Positions 1 to 9,249 of a DNA stretch of 64,000 bases are shown piece by piece. This DNA comes from Desulfuromonadales bacterium. Its GTDB lineage: Bacteria; Desulfobacterota; Desulfuromonadia; Desulfuromonadales; SZUA-540. Under the pieces are notes generated by a model, which did not search any database, was not told the origin of the DNA, and was given only the letters and a program-made list of their open reading frames with translations. Every line of letters starts with the position of its first letter. Position 1 is the stretch's first letter. The translations under genes and the position numbers were made by a program. Location: the NCBI GenBank assembly GCA_033549025.1, contig JAWSUS010000008.1:32001-96000 (forward strand), in the 5' to 3' direction.

Positions 1-738
1 GATGCTATCGTCGTCGGTGCCGCCGATGAAGGTGTCGAAACCTTTCACCAGGTAGCTTCCGGCCTGGTCGAAGGTTCGTTCGGCCAGGTTCTGGATCAGC
101 GAATTGAGGCCCTCGGCGGCGGCGAAGGAGAGCTGGTCTTCCGTAATCGAAGAAACCGTGATCCGGCTGCCGGGGAGCGTGCCCAACAGATCCCGCAGGT
201 AGAGATTGGACTTTTCTTGCACCGTTGGGGTGACATCGCCAGTCTCGCGGTCGAATTTATAGATGGGGATGACTCGGCGCTCGGTGACGTTATTAGGCAG
301 CGTCTGAGCACTGGTATCCACAGCCTTGAGCGACAGAACCCATTTTTCCCGTTCAGCGGTCGGTTCGCCGGTAGCCGGGTTGATCAGGCTGGGGTCCTGG
401 GTGTAACCGTAACTGTATTTCAGCAGTTCGACATAGACGTATTCCGCCCCACCGGTGGTGGCCGGGTCATAGGTCAGCGTTGCGCCATTCACCTGTTCGA
501 TATGGCCGTCGATGTAGACCACGCCGGGAGCCAGGTTCAGGACGTTGGCGGCCGCGCTCACTTCCAGCCCGGCCAGAATCGAGCCTTCGTTGAACAGGAT
601 GTCGGCGATCTTACGCCGCTCCTGGTTGATGAGATCCTGCTGCTCGTTGAGTTCGGAATCCAGCAGGTCGCGATCCTGGTGGTAGCGGATGCGCTTGTAG
701 TTCTTGGTCGGGTCGAATGTCTCGCGTGAGATGCTCAT
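1..738 (-). CDS. Distal tail/baseplate protein (DUF4815-like), 5' part only; runs off the window
   Basis: Not in the ORF track; read by hand from ATG at 738 with GAGG upstream: MSISRETFDPTKNYKRIRYHQDRDLLDSELNEQQDLI..., open to position 1. Confidence 0.75.
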   Translation of the reverse strand, partial: MSISRETFDPTKNYKRIRYHQDRDLLDSELNEQQDLINQERRKIADILFNEGSILAGLEVSAAANVLNLAPGVVYIDGHIEQVNGATLTYDPATTGGAEYVYVELLKYSYGYTQDPSLINPATGEPTAEREKWVLSLKAVDTSAQTLPNNVTERRVIPIYKFDRETGDVTPTVQEKSNLYLRDLLGTLPGSRITVSSITEDQLSFAAAEGLNSLIQNLAERTFDQAGSYLVKGFDTFIGGTDDDSI

Positions 739-753
739 GATTGAATCCTCCAG

Positions 754-1287
754 TTAGATCTTGATGATCCCGACCAGCTCCACGCGGGTGTCGGAAATCT
801 TGTTGAAGTCGGGAATGTTCTTCACCTCGTAGAGGTAACCGGGATGCTGCACTTCCCCGGTCGGATTGGTGTCCTGATGGAAGACGCCGCTCATGGCGAG
901 ATCCCCGGTGGTGCTGGCCACGTACTGCACGTCGCCACCGAAGAAGCCGTATTCGCGGATGGTGATGCCGTTGGCCTCGGCCTCGTCGAAGCGAAAGAAG
1001 ATGCCGATGGTGTTGGTCTCCTCACCGGTTTCGAGGTAACGCACGCCGTTGACCAGCAGCGCCCCCTCGCCATCCTCCTTGAGAAAGGTTCGCTTGTAGT
1101 AGCGCTTGCGGGCGCGTTCGTTTCTGAGCCCGGTCTGGCCGATGTCCGGCGCGGGCGGATTTTGCGGGTCGGTGAAGCTGGCATCCCCGTCTCCGATGGC
1201 GCAGTGAGTGATGCCGTCCACGGCCTGGCCGAGGAGGAGTTTGGCCGTCAATATCCGGCCGGTTTTAACGATGAGTCCCAGTGCCAT
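754..1287 (-). CDS. Tail-fibre attachment / baseplate-associated protein
   Basis: 177 aa; AIGDG and IREYGFFG motifs resembling tail-fibre N-terminal domains; AGGAG RBS; position. Confidence 0.6.
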   Translation of the reverse strand: MALGLIVKTGRILTAKLLLGQAVDGITHCAIGDGDASFTDPQNPPAPDIGQTGLRNERARKRYYKRTFLKEDGEGALLVNGVRYLETGEETNTIGIFFRFDEAEANGITIREYGFFGGDVQYVASTTGDLAMSGVFHQDTNPTGEVQHPGYLYEVKNIPDFNKISDTRVELVGIIKI

Positions 1288-1298
1288 TGCTGTTCTCC

Positions 1299-1760
1299 TT
1301 AAGTTTGAATTTCGTGGTCTTGATCGATGAGCACCGCGAACAGAATCTGCCGCGTGTCTGCCAGCAGCCCGGCCGGAATCGCGATGCGCTGAACGGTGTC
1401 GGATTGGCTGATATGAACGCCGGACGTCCAGACGCTGGTATCGATGCTTCGCAGCCAGGGGCGCGTCACCCGCACCGCCGCGTCAACATCGACGCCCAGG
1501 CGGCCATGGATGACGAGCCACAGGTCGGTGTTCCGGTTCAGGCGGTTGTGGATGACTTGGCTGGTCCTGATGATCCTTGCGATTTCAGCGAGGACAACCG
1601 CTTGAGCCTGCGCGGCAATTTCAATGGAGCGCTGAACGCGACAGGCGAGATCCATCTCCGCGAAGATCCCGCGCAGGAGCACCTGACGGGTGTCCATTTC
1701 GCTCACCCGTGATCGGGTCACCCTCGCATAAATATCGATGTCTATCGTAATAGCTGCCAT
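1299..1760 (-). CDS. Hypothetical tail-region protein with short D-x-x-x-R/Q repeats
   Basis: 153 aa, AGGAG RBS, in operon. Confidence 0.6.
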   Translation of the reverse strand: MAAITIDIDIYARVTRSRVSEMDTRQVLLRGIFAEMDLACRVQRSIEIAAQAQAVVLAEIARIIRTSQVIHNRLNRNTDLWLVIHGRLGVDVDAAVRVTRPWLRSIDTSVWTSGVHISQSDTVQRIAIPAGLLADTRQILFAVLIDQDHEIQT

Positions 1761-1769
1761 CGGAGCTCC

Positions 1770-2363
1770 TTAGAGGATCGGGTTTTCCGTGCCCGTCAGA
1801 CGCAGCTTGATATCGAGCTTGTTCTGCACCGGCGTGCCCGGGAGCACCGTGCAGCGTCGCCAGAAGGACAACGTCAGCTGGAAGGTCTTGTCGCCGAGAT
1901 TGAGCGGTGCGCCCTGGATGGCGGTGTCGAGATCCACCTGGGTCAGAGCCAGGCGGTACCACACCGATTCGTCGGTGCCGGTCTCGTCGATGGGATCGAG
2001 CACCAGCCCGGTGTAGTCATAGCCGGAATAGACGGTCGCCCCGGCGTTGTGCGCGGCCGGAGCGGTGTTGGCAAGGCCTCTCTGCACGGTGAGATTGGCG
2101 GTGCCCCCGCCGCTTTCGACGAGCATCTGCTCGCCGTCGATGATGATGAGTTCGCCGTCGGCAAAGCGCGGTTCGGCCAGGGGGATGGAGGTCTGCACCG
2201 CGTCGATGGCCGAGGCAAGGCTCGTCTGCTCGTTGGCGACGTAGAGTTGCCGATCCTTGCTGTCGCCGTCGGTGCCGTTGTAGCTCTCGGCCTCGGGGCG
2301 GCTAAAATCCCCCTCGGAAATCTGCTGGGTCAATGCTTCGTCAAGATAGAGATGTATCGCCAT
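1770..2363 (-). CDS. Hypothetical tail structural protein
   Basis: 197 aa with IIIDGEQM...LTVQRG...TAPAAH motif common in virion proteins; AGGAG RBS. Confidence 0.65.
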   Translation of the reverse strand: MAIHLYLDEALTQQISEGDFSRPEAESYNGTDGDSKDRQLYVANEQTSLASAIDAVQTSIPLAEPRFADGELIIIDGEQMLVESGGGTANLTVQRGLANTAPAAHNAGATVYSGYDYTGLVLDPIDETGTDESVWYRLALTQVDLDTAIQGAPLNLGDKTFQLTLSFWRRCTVLPGTPVQNKLDIKLRLTGTENPIL

Positions 2364-2373
2364 GGGTTCTCCT

Positions 2374-3951
2374 TCAGGTGGGCCACTGGGTGGCGCGATA
2401 GTTGTTGGTGGCGGCCTCGAACCCGGCCTGCGTCGGCGCGTGCAGATCCTGCTGACGGAACAGCCAGCGGTAGGAAGGCCGCGACCAGCGGAATCCGGCC
2501 TGGTTGAGGCGCATGCGGCTGACGCGCATGGGGCGGGTCCGATCCACGGAGAGACGCAGGCCGGTGGTGTTGAGCGGGCTTGCGCCCAGCTTCATGGTCT
2601 CGACTCGATGGCGCTGGAGAGAGCCCGTGTCCACATAGACTTCAAGCGAAGCCCGTTCGCCGGTCAGATTCGCATTGCTCAGATACCGGGTGTTCAGGGT
2701 ATTCGCGTTGAGTTGGAACACAGGCCCTCTCCGCCGCCATCTGTCGATCCGGTCGACGGCCAGGGTGACGTCCGCGTCGCAGCCAGCGGTGGAGGCGAGC
2801 AGTAGATTGCTGATGCCGCCCTGGTTGGCGGTGAGGTCGAGACCTTCGTTGAGCCTGGCGCGGCCAAGCTGGAAGCAGAGGCGGTGCCGGGATTCCAAGG
2901 GCAGGCGCTGGTCGTACTTGGCTTCCACCCGTTCGACCGGTTCCGCCTGCGTATCGAAGAAGAAATCCTTCTGCCGGAAGCAGTAGCGCAGCTCGGTCTC
3001 GCCATGGGTCAGCGGCTTGCGGTTGAGATGGCTCTCGCCCAGCCCGAAGCCGCTTTCCAGCACATCCCCTTCGAAATCGCGGCCGGTGTAGATGGGCGTG
3101 CAGAAGGAAACCCGGTCCTCGCCGACGCGGGTGTACGGCAACCGCCAGTCGTTGAGGGCCTTGTGGTTCAGGCGCATCCGGTTCTGGCGGCCGTGAAAAC
3201 GGGAAACCTTCACGGCGGCCCGGTCGATTTCCGGGAGCATCTCCGTGGTGCTGGTGAGCTGTAGCAGCTCCCAGACTCTCTGCTTGTTGGTCAGGTGGCG
3301 GCAGGAACCGAGCGAGGAACGGCCGAGGACGAAGGTTTCGTCGAGAAACGCCAATACGATCCGGCGCACGGCGTTGGCATGCCCGAAGTCGAGCATTGCG
3401 CCGCCTTCGATCCATTCCAGGAGAAACTGGAGCCAGAAACAGCGCGTGCCCGCCGGGTGGTGAAACACCAGGGCGTCGCGCAGTCCCTCGGTCTGGTTGA
3501 GACACAGCACGCGAAACACGCCGAGGCTGAACACCAGCCCGGGCAGCTTGGCGCTGCTGAGTCGGGAGCGGGCATTGAGACGCAGAGCCGAGCGGAAGGT
3601 CTCCTGCAGTTCCCCCTGCCAACCGAGCGCGTCAAAGTCGCGTTCGATGGCCGGAATGGTGCCCTTGCGGCGATAGATCTCGACCGCCTCCCGCACACGG
3701 CGGCGCTGGCAGTCCGGCGAACAGGTGCCGTCCACTTCGAGGCCAACGAGTCTCGCCAGCAGCGGCAGGAAGCGTTCGTCGCAGTGATCGACGTCGAAAA
3801 TGGTCGGGAAGTCGTCGATGGCCTGCTTGAGTTCGTCGAGCGTTCCGGCGGGAAGGCTCAGAAAGGTGCGCAGGTCACCGGCCTCGTCGTTGTGCTCGTA
3901 AAGCGGCGGCAGCAGGCCGAGCAGATTGTCCTTGAACCAATCCGACATCAA
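2374..3951 (-). CDS. Baseplate wedge / phage tail protein I (P2 gpI-like) with C-terminal extension
   Basis: LLPPLY...FLPLLARLVG...YRRKGT...HPAGT motifs; directly follows baseplate J. Confidence 0.8.
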   Translation of the reverse strand: MMSDWFKDNLLGLLPPLYEHNDEAGDLRTFLSLPAGTLDELKQAIDDFPTIFDVDHCDERFLPLLARLVGLEVDGTCSPDCQRRRVREAVEIYRRKGTIPAIERDFDALGWQGELQETFRSALRLNARSRLSSAKLPGLVFSLGVFRVLCLNQTEGLRDALVFHHPAGTRCFWLQFLLEWIEGGAMLDFGHANAVRRIVLAFLDETFVLGRSSLGSCRHLTNKQRVWELLQLTSTTEMLPEIDRAAVKVSRFHGRQNRMRLNHKALNDWRLPYTRVGEDRVSFCTPIYTGRDFEGDVLESGFGLGESHLNRKPLTHGETELRYCFRQKDFFFDTQAEPVERVEAKYDQRLPLESRHRLCFQLGRARLNEGLDLTANQGGISNLLLASTAGCDADVTLAVDRIDRWRRRGPVFQLNANTLNTRYLSNANLTGERASLEVYVDTGSLQRHRVETMKLGASPLNTTGLRLSVDRTRPMRVSRMRLNQAGFRWSRPSYRWLFRQQDLHAPTQAGFEAATNNYRATQWPT

Positions 3952-5357
3952 CCGGCCCTCCGCAGATCGAGATTGACGGTGCCGAGAACCGGGATTTCGC
4001 CGTGGCGCAGCTCGATATCCTGCTGCGGCGCGTAGAGATGCATGTGGCTGACCCCGCGCACTCCGTCGATCAGGGCCACCAGGTCGGAGAAGTGAATGGT
4101 CTGGCCGAAAGAGACTTGGTCGAAGGAAAAGAAATCGGTGAGCGCGGCTTCGATGCGGCTGCGCACGTTTTCCAGCGGTTCACCGGGCCAGATGTAGACC
4201 TCGGCGTCGATGGAAACGGGCCGGTAGATCGGATCGAACAAGTTGATCTCGACTGTGATGACCTTGCGGCGTTCGAGAAACTCCGCGAGGTCCCGCTTGA
4301 GCAGCGCCGAGGGCATGCCGCCGCCGTTGGGGGCGATGGCCAGTTGGACGTTGTAATAGCGGATGTTCTGGCAGGCATTGGTGTCGAGCACCTTGGCCTT
4401 GGCGACGCCGGGGTAACCTTCGGCGAGGGCCTGGTAATCCTCCAGGGTGACGGCCTTCCAGAGACTGCGCAGCTCCGCCGGTGCCTGTCGGCGGGCGTGT
4501 TCGAGGGCTTCCCGCGACGCTCCTCCGGTGGCGGGCACCGGGTTGGTGACGGCCAGGGAGACTTGGCCACCATCCAGATAGATCGAACTCAGCAGTTGGG
4601 TGATCCGGTTAGGGCCGAGATTGCCCTGGTCTCCGATGGTCTGCAGATAGCTGACGGTGATGGCGCTTCCCTGAGCGGGTACAGCGCCGCTTTGCCCGTC
4701 GCCGAAAATCAGGGTGGAGATGTCGAGGGCGTCCAGGTCGGCCATGAAATGACGGCTGTCGGCAATACTGTCCTGAAAATGATCGACCTCGCTCCAGGCG
4801 TCGTCCCCCACCGTAACGGTGATGGTGCCCTGGGCGATGACGTCGCCGGTCAGGCGGATGCGCTGGAATGGCAGCCCCGTCGACGTGAAGGTCTCGGTGC
4901 GGCGCACGCCTTGACGGGCCGGGATGTCCACAGAGAGCACGTCTCGCGGGATTAGGCCGTCCTCGACCGTCTCGAAATCCGCCTCGCCGTCACTCAGCAA
5001 GGCGCGGCAGGCCGTCCCCGCCGGAATGGTCAGATCCTTGCCGAGCGGGGCGGAGAGCCGGAAACGCAGCGTGGTGGTGGAGGCCACCGGCGAGTCCAGC
5101 CGGTAGCCGATGAGCTTGCAGAGGTTGATGACGTTCTGCCGCTGGCGGGCCGTGGGCAGGAAAGCCTCCGCCGCCTGGGCATCCAGGTAGTAGGCCAGCA
5201 TGTCGCCCACACCGCAGAACAGATCGAGCAGGACGACGCCGAGATCGGAGTGGTTGAAATCGGTCCAGCGGTCAGTGAGCTGTGGGATCTTCGCCAGCAG
5301 CTCCTGACGGATCGATTCGTAATCCTTGTTGATGTATCCGATGCTTGCGCGGCCCAT
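3948..5357 (-). CDS. Baseplate J / gp47-family wedge protein
   Basis: WTDFNHSDLG, FGDGQSGAVP, ATGGASRE, AVTLEDY motifs. Confidence 0.9.
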   Translation of the reverse strand: MGRASIGYINKDYESIRQELLAKIPQLTDRWTDFNHSDLGVVLLDLFCGVGDMLAYYLDAQAAEAFLPTARQRQNVINLCKLIGYRLDSPVASTTTLRFRLSAPLGKDLTIPAGTACRALLSDGEADFETVEDGLIPRDVLSVDIPARQGVRRTETFTSTGLPFQRIRLTGDVIAQGTITVTVGDDAWSEVDHFQDSIADSRHFMADLDALDISTLIFGDGQSGAVPAQGSAITVSYLQTIGDQGNLGPNRITQLLSSIYLDGGQVSLAVTNPVPATGGASREALEHARRQAPAELRSLWKAVTLEDYQALAEGYPGVAKAKVLDTNACQNIRYYNVQLAIAPNGGGMPSALLKRDLAEFLERRKVITVEINLFDPIYRPVSIDAEVYIWPGEPLENVRSRIEAALTDFFSFDQVSFGQTIHFSDLVALIDGVRGVSHMHLYAPQQDIELRHGEIPVLGTVNLDLRRAG

Positions 5358-5413
5358 GGTCTCTCCGGTTTTCGGCGGTTATGCGAGAGCGCCTGATGCT
5401 CTCGCCACGCCGG

Positions 5414-5444
5414 TTACTTACCGGAAGGGGCCTGGATGTGTCGG
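5414..5444 (-). promoter_or_regulatory. Phage promoter motif upstream of baseplate J
   Basis: CCGAC-N15-CCGGTAAGTAA. Confidence 0.8.
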
Positions 5445-5456
5445 AGGCGGGATGCC

Positions 5457-6374
5457 TCAGAGCGGGCCGCGCAATTGCCAGACGGGATTGGGCTGCCCGG
5501 AGGTGTTGTTGAGGTAGTGGGATTCCTTTTTGCCCTCGAAATAGAACAGACCGATGCGGCCCGGCTCCAGGGTGGTGATCCGGTGAACGGTGCCAGCGGC
5601 GTTGTCTTCTGCCTGACTCTGGGTGTCGAAGCCCAGACCGCTCGCGGCCAGATAGAGGGCGTGCTCGGCCTGGGGCGCTTCCGTTTCTGGCGCTCCCTCG
5701 AATGTCAGGTAATGGCCGTGGTTGTCACCCGGATCGCTGACGATCCACTTGCCGTTGCGGTCCTGAAAGGCTCCCTCGATGTAGGCGACTTCGTATTCCC
5801 CGGCTGGCCAGATGAAGGAATCAGCCGGATCGGGGCTCATCTCGGCCGCGTCGAACCAGAGCAGATTGAACAGCGAGCGCACGTCTGGCGATAGGCGCAC
5901 GCTGCGCACTTGCGGCGGTTCCGGCTCGGGTTCCGGCTGGGGATAGCTGGGCGCGGGATTGTTCGGGTCTTCTCTGTAGAAGGGATAGACCAGGTTGCCT
6001 TCCACCTGGCTTTGGATCACCCGGTAGGCGATATGTACCAGCAGCAGGTTGCCGTCGATGTTCAACGGCCGGTCGTCGAAGCGCACCTCCGTGATGATCA
6101 CCCGCTTTTCCCAGCGTTTGATAGCGTCGATCACGTAATGGCGCAGCAGGCCCTTGAGGACCTCGTCGTTCTGTTCGAACACCAGATCCTTCAGCCGGGA
6201 GCCAAACTCCGGATTCATGAACCGTTCGCCGATCCTGGTGCCGAGGATCTGCAGGATGCTTTCGCGGATATGCTCGTGCTCCCGCGAGGTGGCGGTCGAG
6301 ATCTGGGTGCCGCCGGATACCGACTGAAACCGGAACGGGTAGCGCAATCCCTTGCCGAGGAAATCGTAGCTCAT
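5457..6374 (-). CDS. GPW/gp25-family baseplate protein with C-terminal extra domain
   Basis: IRESILQILGTRIGERFMNPEFGSRL motif; start moved to ATG 6374 (MSYDFLGKG); PEPEPEPP linker. Confidence 0.85.
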   Translation of the reverse strand: MSYDFLGKGLRYPFRFQSVSGGTQISTATSREHEHIRESILQILGTRIGERFMNPEFGSRLKDLVFEQNDEVLKGLLRHYVIDAIKRWEKRVIITEVRFDDRPLNIDGNLLLVHIAYRVIQSQVEGNLVYPFYREDPNNPAPSYPQPEPEPEPPQVRSVRLSPDVRSLFNLLWFDAAEMSPDPADSFIWPAGEYEVAYIEGAFQDRNGKWIVSDPGDNHGHYLTFEGAPETEAPQAEHALYLAASGLGFDTQSQAEDNAAGTVHRITTLEPGRIGLFYFEGKKESHYLNNTSGQPNPVWQLRGPL

Positions 6375-7270
6375 CAGATACGCTCCTCGCAGTCGATGCC
6401 GCACTGTCCCGAGCAGCCATTTTCCGAAGTGTCGTCGTCGATAGCTTCTCCCGGGAACCGAATCACCAGATCCAGACCGCTCTTGAGTCCCAGATGAATG
6501 GTGCCGTCCGCCTCGATCAGCCCGCCGTGGCCGGACAGGCCGCACTGGAATCCCTTGGCCCCGCCGGAGAGCAGACGAATGGCGATGGTTTCGCCGATGC
6601 CCTCGATGCGGCCGATGCCGATGATGTCGATTGGTCCGGCCGGATTGATCAGGGTGATGAACCGCTCCCGGTGATCGACGTCGAGGCGGATGCCCTCGGG
6701 CAGAACCACCGCGAAGCGTTCCGCGCCCATGGCGGTCGGCTCGATCCCGGCAGGTAGTCCGCTGATACCGGCTGCCTCCTGGGTCGAACGCAGATAGGAC
6801 TCGACCAGGGTGTAAAGGCGTCCCGGGGCGACCTCGATGGCCGTGCCGGGTCCGGAGGTGACGACCTGCTGTTCTCCTCCGTCGATAACGCAGATTCGCT
6901 GGTCGTCCGTGGTCCGCAGGATCATGCCGTCGGGCAAGGTGAAGAGCCGGTTGCCGTCCGGCAGATCCCGGGGTTCGGTGCCCGCTGGTAGTTCGACGAA
7001 GGGATAGAAATCGGGCTCCGGCTCGATCTGTACCTGCTCCAGGTACTCCTGGGTCCTGGTCTGCTGGGCTTCAAGATAGGCCTGGGCCTGGCCACGCATC
7101 GCCTCCGAGGCGGCGTGACCGGCCTCCAGCAGCGTGCGGATGCCGGAAAGTTCTTCACGGATGCCGGACAGGTGATCGCAGAGCACCCGCAGCACATACT
7201 GTTGTTCGCCGGAATCGGTCTGTTCGATGGTGGCCTGCAAGTCGGCGGGTTCTTCGGAAATCATGGACAA
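6374..7270 (-). CDS. Hypothetical protein (N-terminal coiled coil, beta-rich C-terminus)
   Basis: 298 aa ORF, GGAGG RBS, in operon. Confidence 0.65.
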   Translation of the reverse strand: MSMISEEPADLQATIEQTDSGEQQYVLRVLCDHLSGIREELSGIRTLLEAGHAASEAMRGQAQAYLEAQQTRTQEYLEQVQIEPEPDFYPFVELPAGTEPRDLPDGNRLFTLPDGMILRTTDDQRICVIDGGEQQVVTSGPGTAIEVAPGRLYTLVESYLRSTQEAAGISGLPAGIEPTAMGAERFAVVLPEGIRLDVDHRERFITLINPAGPIDIIGIGRIEGIGETIAIRLLSGGAKGFQCGLSGHGGLIEADGTIHLGLKSGLDLVIRFPGEAIDDDTSENGCSGQCGIDCEERI

Positions 7271-7276
7271 CCTCCA

Positions 7277-8287
7277 TTACATGCCGACATTGGCGGGTTG
7301 GGATTGATAGCTCATGGCGTTGACCGGCGTCACTGTTCCGGTCACGCCGTCTATTTCGAATACAGTCCAGACCGTGCCCGGGGCGTTGGGAACGGTGAAG
7401 GTCTGCTCACGGCCATCGCTCAGGAACACTTTCACCGATGCTCCGGACTGCGCCAGGCCGGTGCTCGGATTGGCGTTGCGGTTGGTGTAGTCGTGGACTG
7501 CGTAGCGGTAGACGCCGGGAATGAGCCGATGGATGGTGATGGTCTCCGGCCCGTAGGAACTGGTGTCGTCCACGTCCAATTCCGCAGCCTCGTTTTCGAT
7601 GGTGTGGGAATAGAACACATGGAAGCGACCGCCCGATGGCGTCGGTCCGGTGAGATGGGAATCGAGATCCCGGGGGTTGAGCCCCCACTGCAACACGATG
7701 CGGGCGACCTGGCCGTCGAGCTCGGGCGAAAGAACGATCTGGATATCGCCGGAGGTGTTGGGGTCGGCGTTCACCCAGCCATGCCAGGCGATGTATCCCG
7801 GCGCGGTGACTTCCACGTAATAGAACCCCTCGGGCACGTTCACCTCGAACCCGCCATAGGCGTTGGCAAAGGTCTGGAACGCCGCCGGGCCGGTTTCCGA
7901 GCGGCGGAATTCGATCAGCGCGTTGCCGACGCCGCTGGTGTTGAGGGCGTTGACCACCATGCCGCTGAGGAAGACCGATGCTCCGCTGGCAAAGTCCGGG
8001 TGGTCGGCGAACCAGGACGGATCGCGGACCTCCACCAGAATATGGCGGAGGCTGTCCCGGACCGATGATCGCCAGACCATGAGCACGGCGTTGCCGATGG
8101 TCCAGCCGCAGCGAATGACACCGTCCGGCCCGATCTCCGCAACCTCCGGATTGCTGGAGGCAAAGACCGGGGCATCCACGTCGCCGCGCAGGGAGAGCGG
8201 AACCCGTTGCTCGAACTCGCCAGCGGAGAGGCGGATGGAGCGAGGCTGAACCTCCCAGTGGCTATAGGCTGGCGTGGTCTCGGTCAT
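7277..8287 (-). CDS. Ig-like + carboxypeptidase-regulatory-like + YfaP/DUF2135-like protein
   Basis: LQWGLNPRDLDSHL...LDVDDTSSYGPETITI motif; FASSNPEVA Ig motif; start moved to ATG 8287. Confidence 0.75.
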   Translation of the reverse strand: MTETTPAYSHWEVQPRSIRLSAGEFEQRVPLSLRGDVDAPVFASSNPEVAEIGPDGVIRCGWTIGNAVLMVWRSSVRDSLRHILVEVRDPSWFADHPDFASGASVFLSGMVVNALNTSGVGNALIEFRRSETGPAAFQTFANAYGGFEVNVPEGFYYVEVTAPGYIAWHGWVNADPNTSGDIQIVLSPELDGQVARIVLQWGLNPRDLDSHLTGPTPSGGRFHVFYSHTIENEAAELDVDDTSSYGPETITIHRLIPGVYRYAVHDYTNRNANPSTGLAQSGASVKVFLSDGREQTFTVPNAPGTVWTVFEIDGVTGTVTPVNAMSYQSQPANVGM

Positions 8288-8592
8288 GAAGGAACCTCCA
8301 CCGGTGCGGAGACGCCGCCGCCATAGACCTCGACCTGGACGTGACGCAGGCTGCGCCGCTCCGGCGAATCCCAGACCAGGATCATGGCCGCCCCGGGAAC
8401 GAAGCCGCACTCGACATTGCCGCCCTCATCGACACTGGCCACGTCGGGATTGGACGATTCGAACACCGGCGCTTCGGGTAGACCACGGATCGAGAGCGGA
8501 ATGCGCTGGACGAATGGGGATCGCGAGACCCGGACCAGCTTCGGGAAAACATCCCAGTAGTGCGGTTCCTGCGGCTGTTCGAGATTGTTCAT
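8284..8592 (-). CDS. Single Ig-like (Big_2-type) domain protein
   Basis: FESSNPDVASVDEGGNV motif; paralogous to the N-terminus of the next gene. Confidence 0.7.
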   Translation of the reverse strand: MNNLEQPQEPHYWDVFPKLVRVSRSPFVQRIPLSIRGLPEAPVFESSNPDVASVDEGGNVECGFVPGAAMILVWDSPERRSLRHVQVEVYGGGVSAPVEVPS

Positions 8593-8602
8593 CGCGTCCC
8601 CC

Positions 8603-8866
8603 TCAGTTGTCGATGGTGTCGGGACTGCCGGTGACGATGATGGCTCCGCAGGCGGTGATGTCGCCGATGCGGGCGTTGGGCAATCCTTCGGTGATGGTGT
8701 CGAAGCTGCCGGTCACAATGGGCGTCACGCCATGCCCCGGGATGGGACAGACGTGCAGATCCCCCATACGGGCCGCCGGCATGCCGTTGTCCAGCGTCCG
8801 GCTTGCCCCGGTGATGATGACGCCGCCGTGACTGCTGATGTCGCCGAGTCGCGCCTGGGAGCTCAT
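8603..8866 (-). CDS. PAAR-domain spike tip protein
   Basis: ARLGD, PAARMGD, CPIPGHG, PNARIGD motifs; start ATG 8866. Confidence 0.92.
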   Translation of the reverse strand: MSSQARLGDISSHGGVIITGASRTLDNGMPAARMGDLHVCPIPGHGVTPIVTGSFDTITEGLPNARIGDITACGAIIVTGSPDTIDN

Positions 8867-9237
8867 GGGTTCACCTTCAGCAACAGATGGATCAGAAAGC
8901 CGATGAGTCCGCCGATGGTACTGCCGATGGTCAACACCAGGCCGACGATCTTCCACATGGTCTCGGTCCCCATCTTGGAGCCGACCCGGGCATGCAGCCG
9001 GTCGATCTCCTCGGCGTGCCGGTGCAGATCGGAATAGATCGAGCGGACCAGTACCTCGACGTTTTCCTTGTCCGATTTCTTCTCGATTTCACGCTCGATC
9101 TTCTCGAGGCGGTCCTGGATTTCCCGGCGGTGACTTTCGAGGATGCTGCGGAATTCCTCCCGCCAATGATCGAAGGTCCGGGCCAGCAATTCCTCGCTGG
9201 CCGAAAGTCCGGAGGGCGTTGTTGTTCTTTCTCCCAT
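8863..9237 (-). CDS. Coiled-coil protein with C-terminal transmembrane helix (possible holin-like)
   Basis: C-terminal IVGLVLTIGSTIGGLIGFLIHLLL; near the endolysin. Confidence 0.55.
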   Translation of the reverse strand: MGERTTTPSGLSASEELLARTFDHWREEFRSILESHRREIQDRLEKIEREIEKKSDKENVEVLVRSIYSDLHRHAEEIDRLHARVGSKMGTETMWKIVGLVLTIGSTIGGLIGFLIHLLLKVNP

Positions 9238-9249
9238 GCAATGCTTCCT

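Noticed and set aside
1..2363. Diversity-generating retroelement or tail-fibre shufflon
   Set aside because: No reverse transcriptase, template/variable repeat pair or invertible cassettes seen in this window
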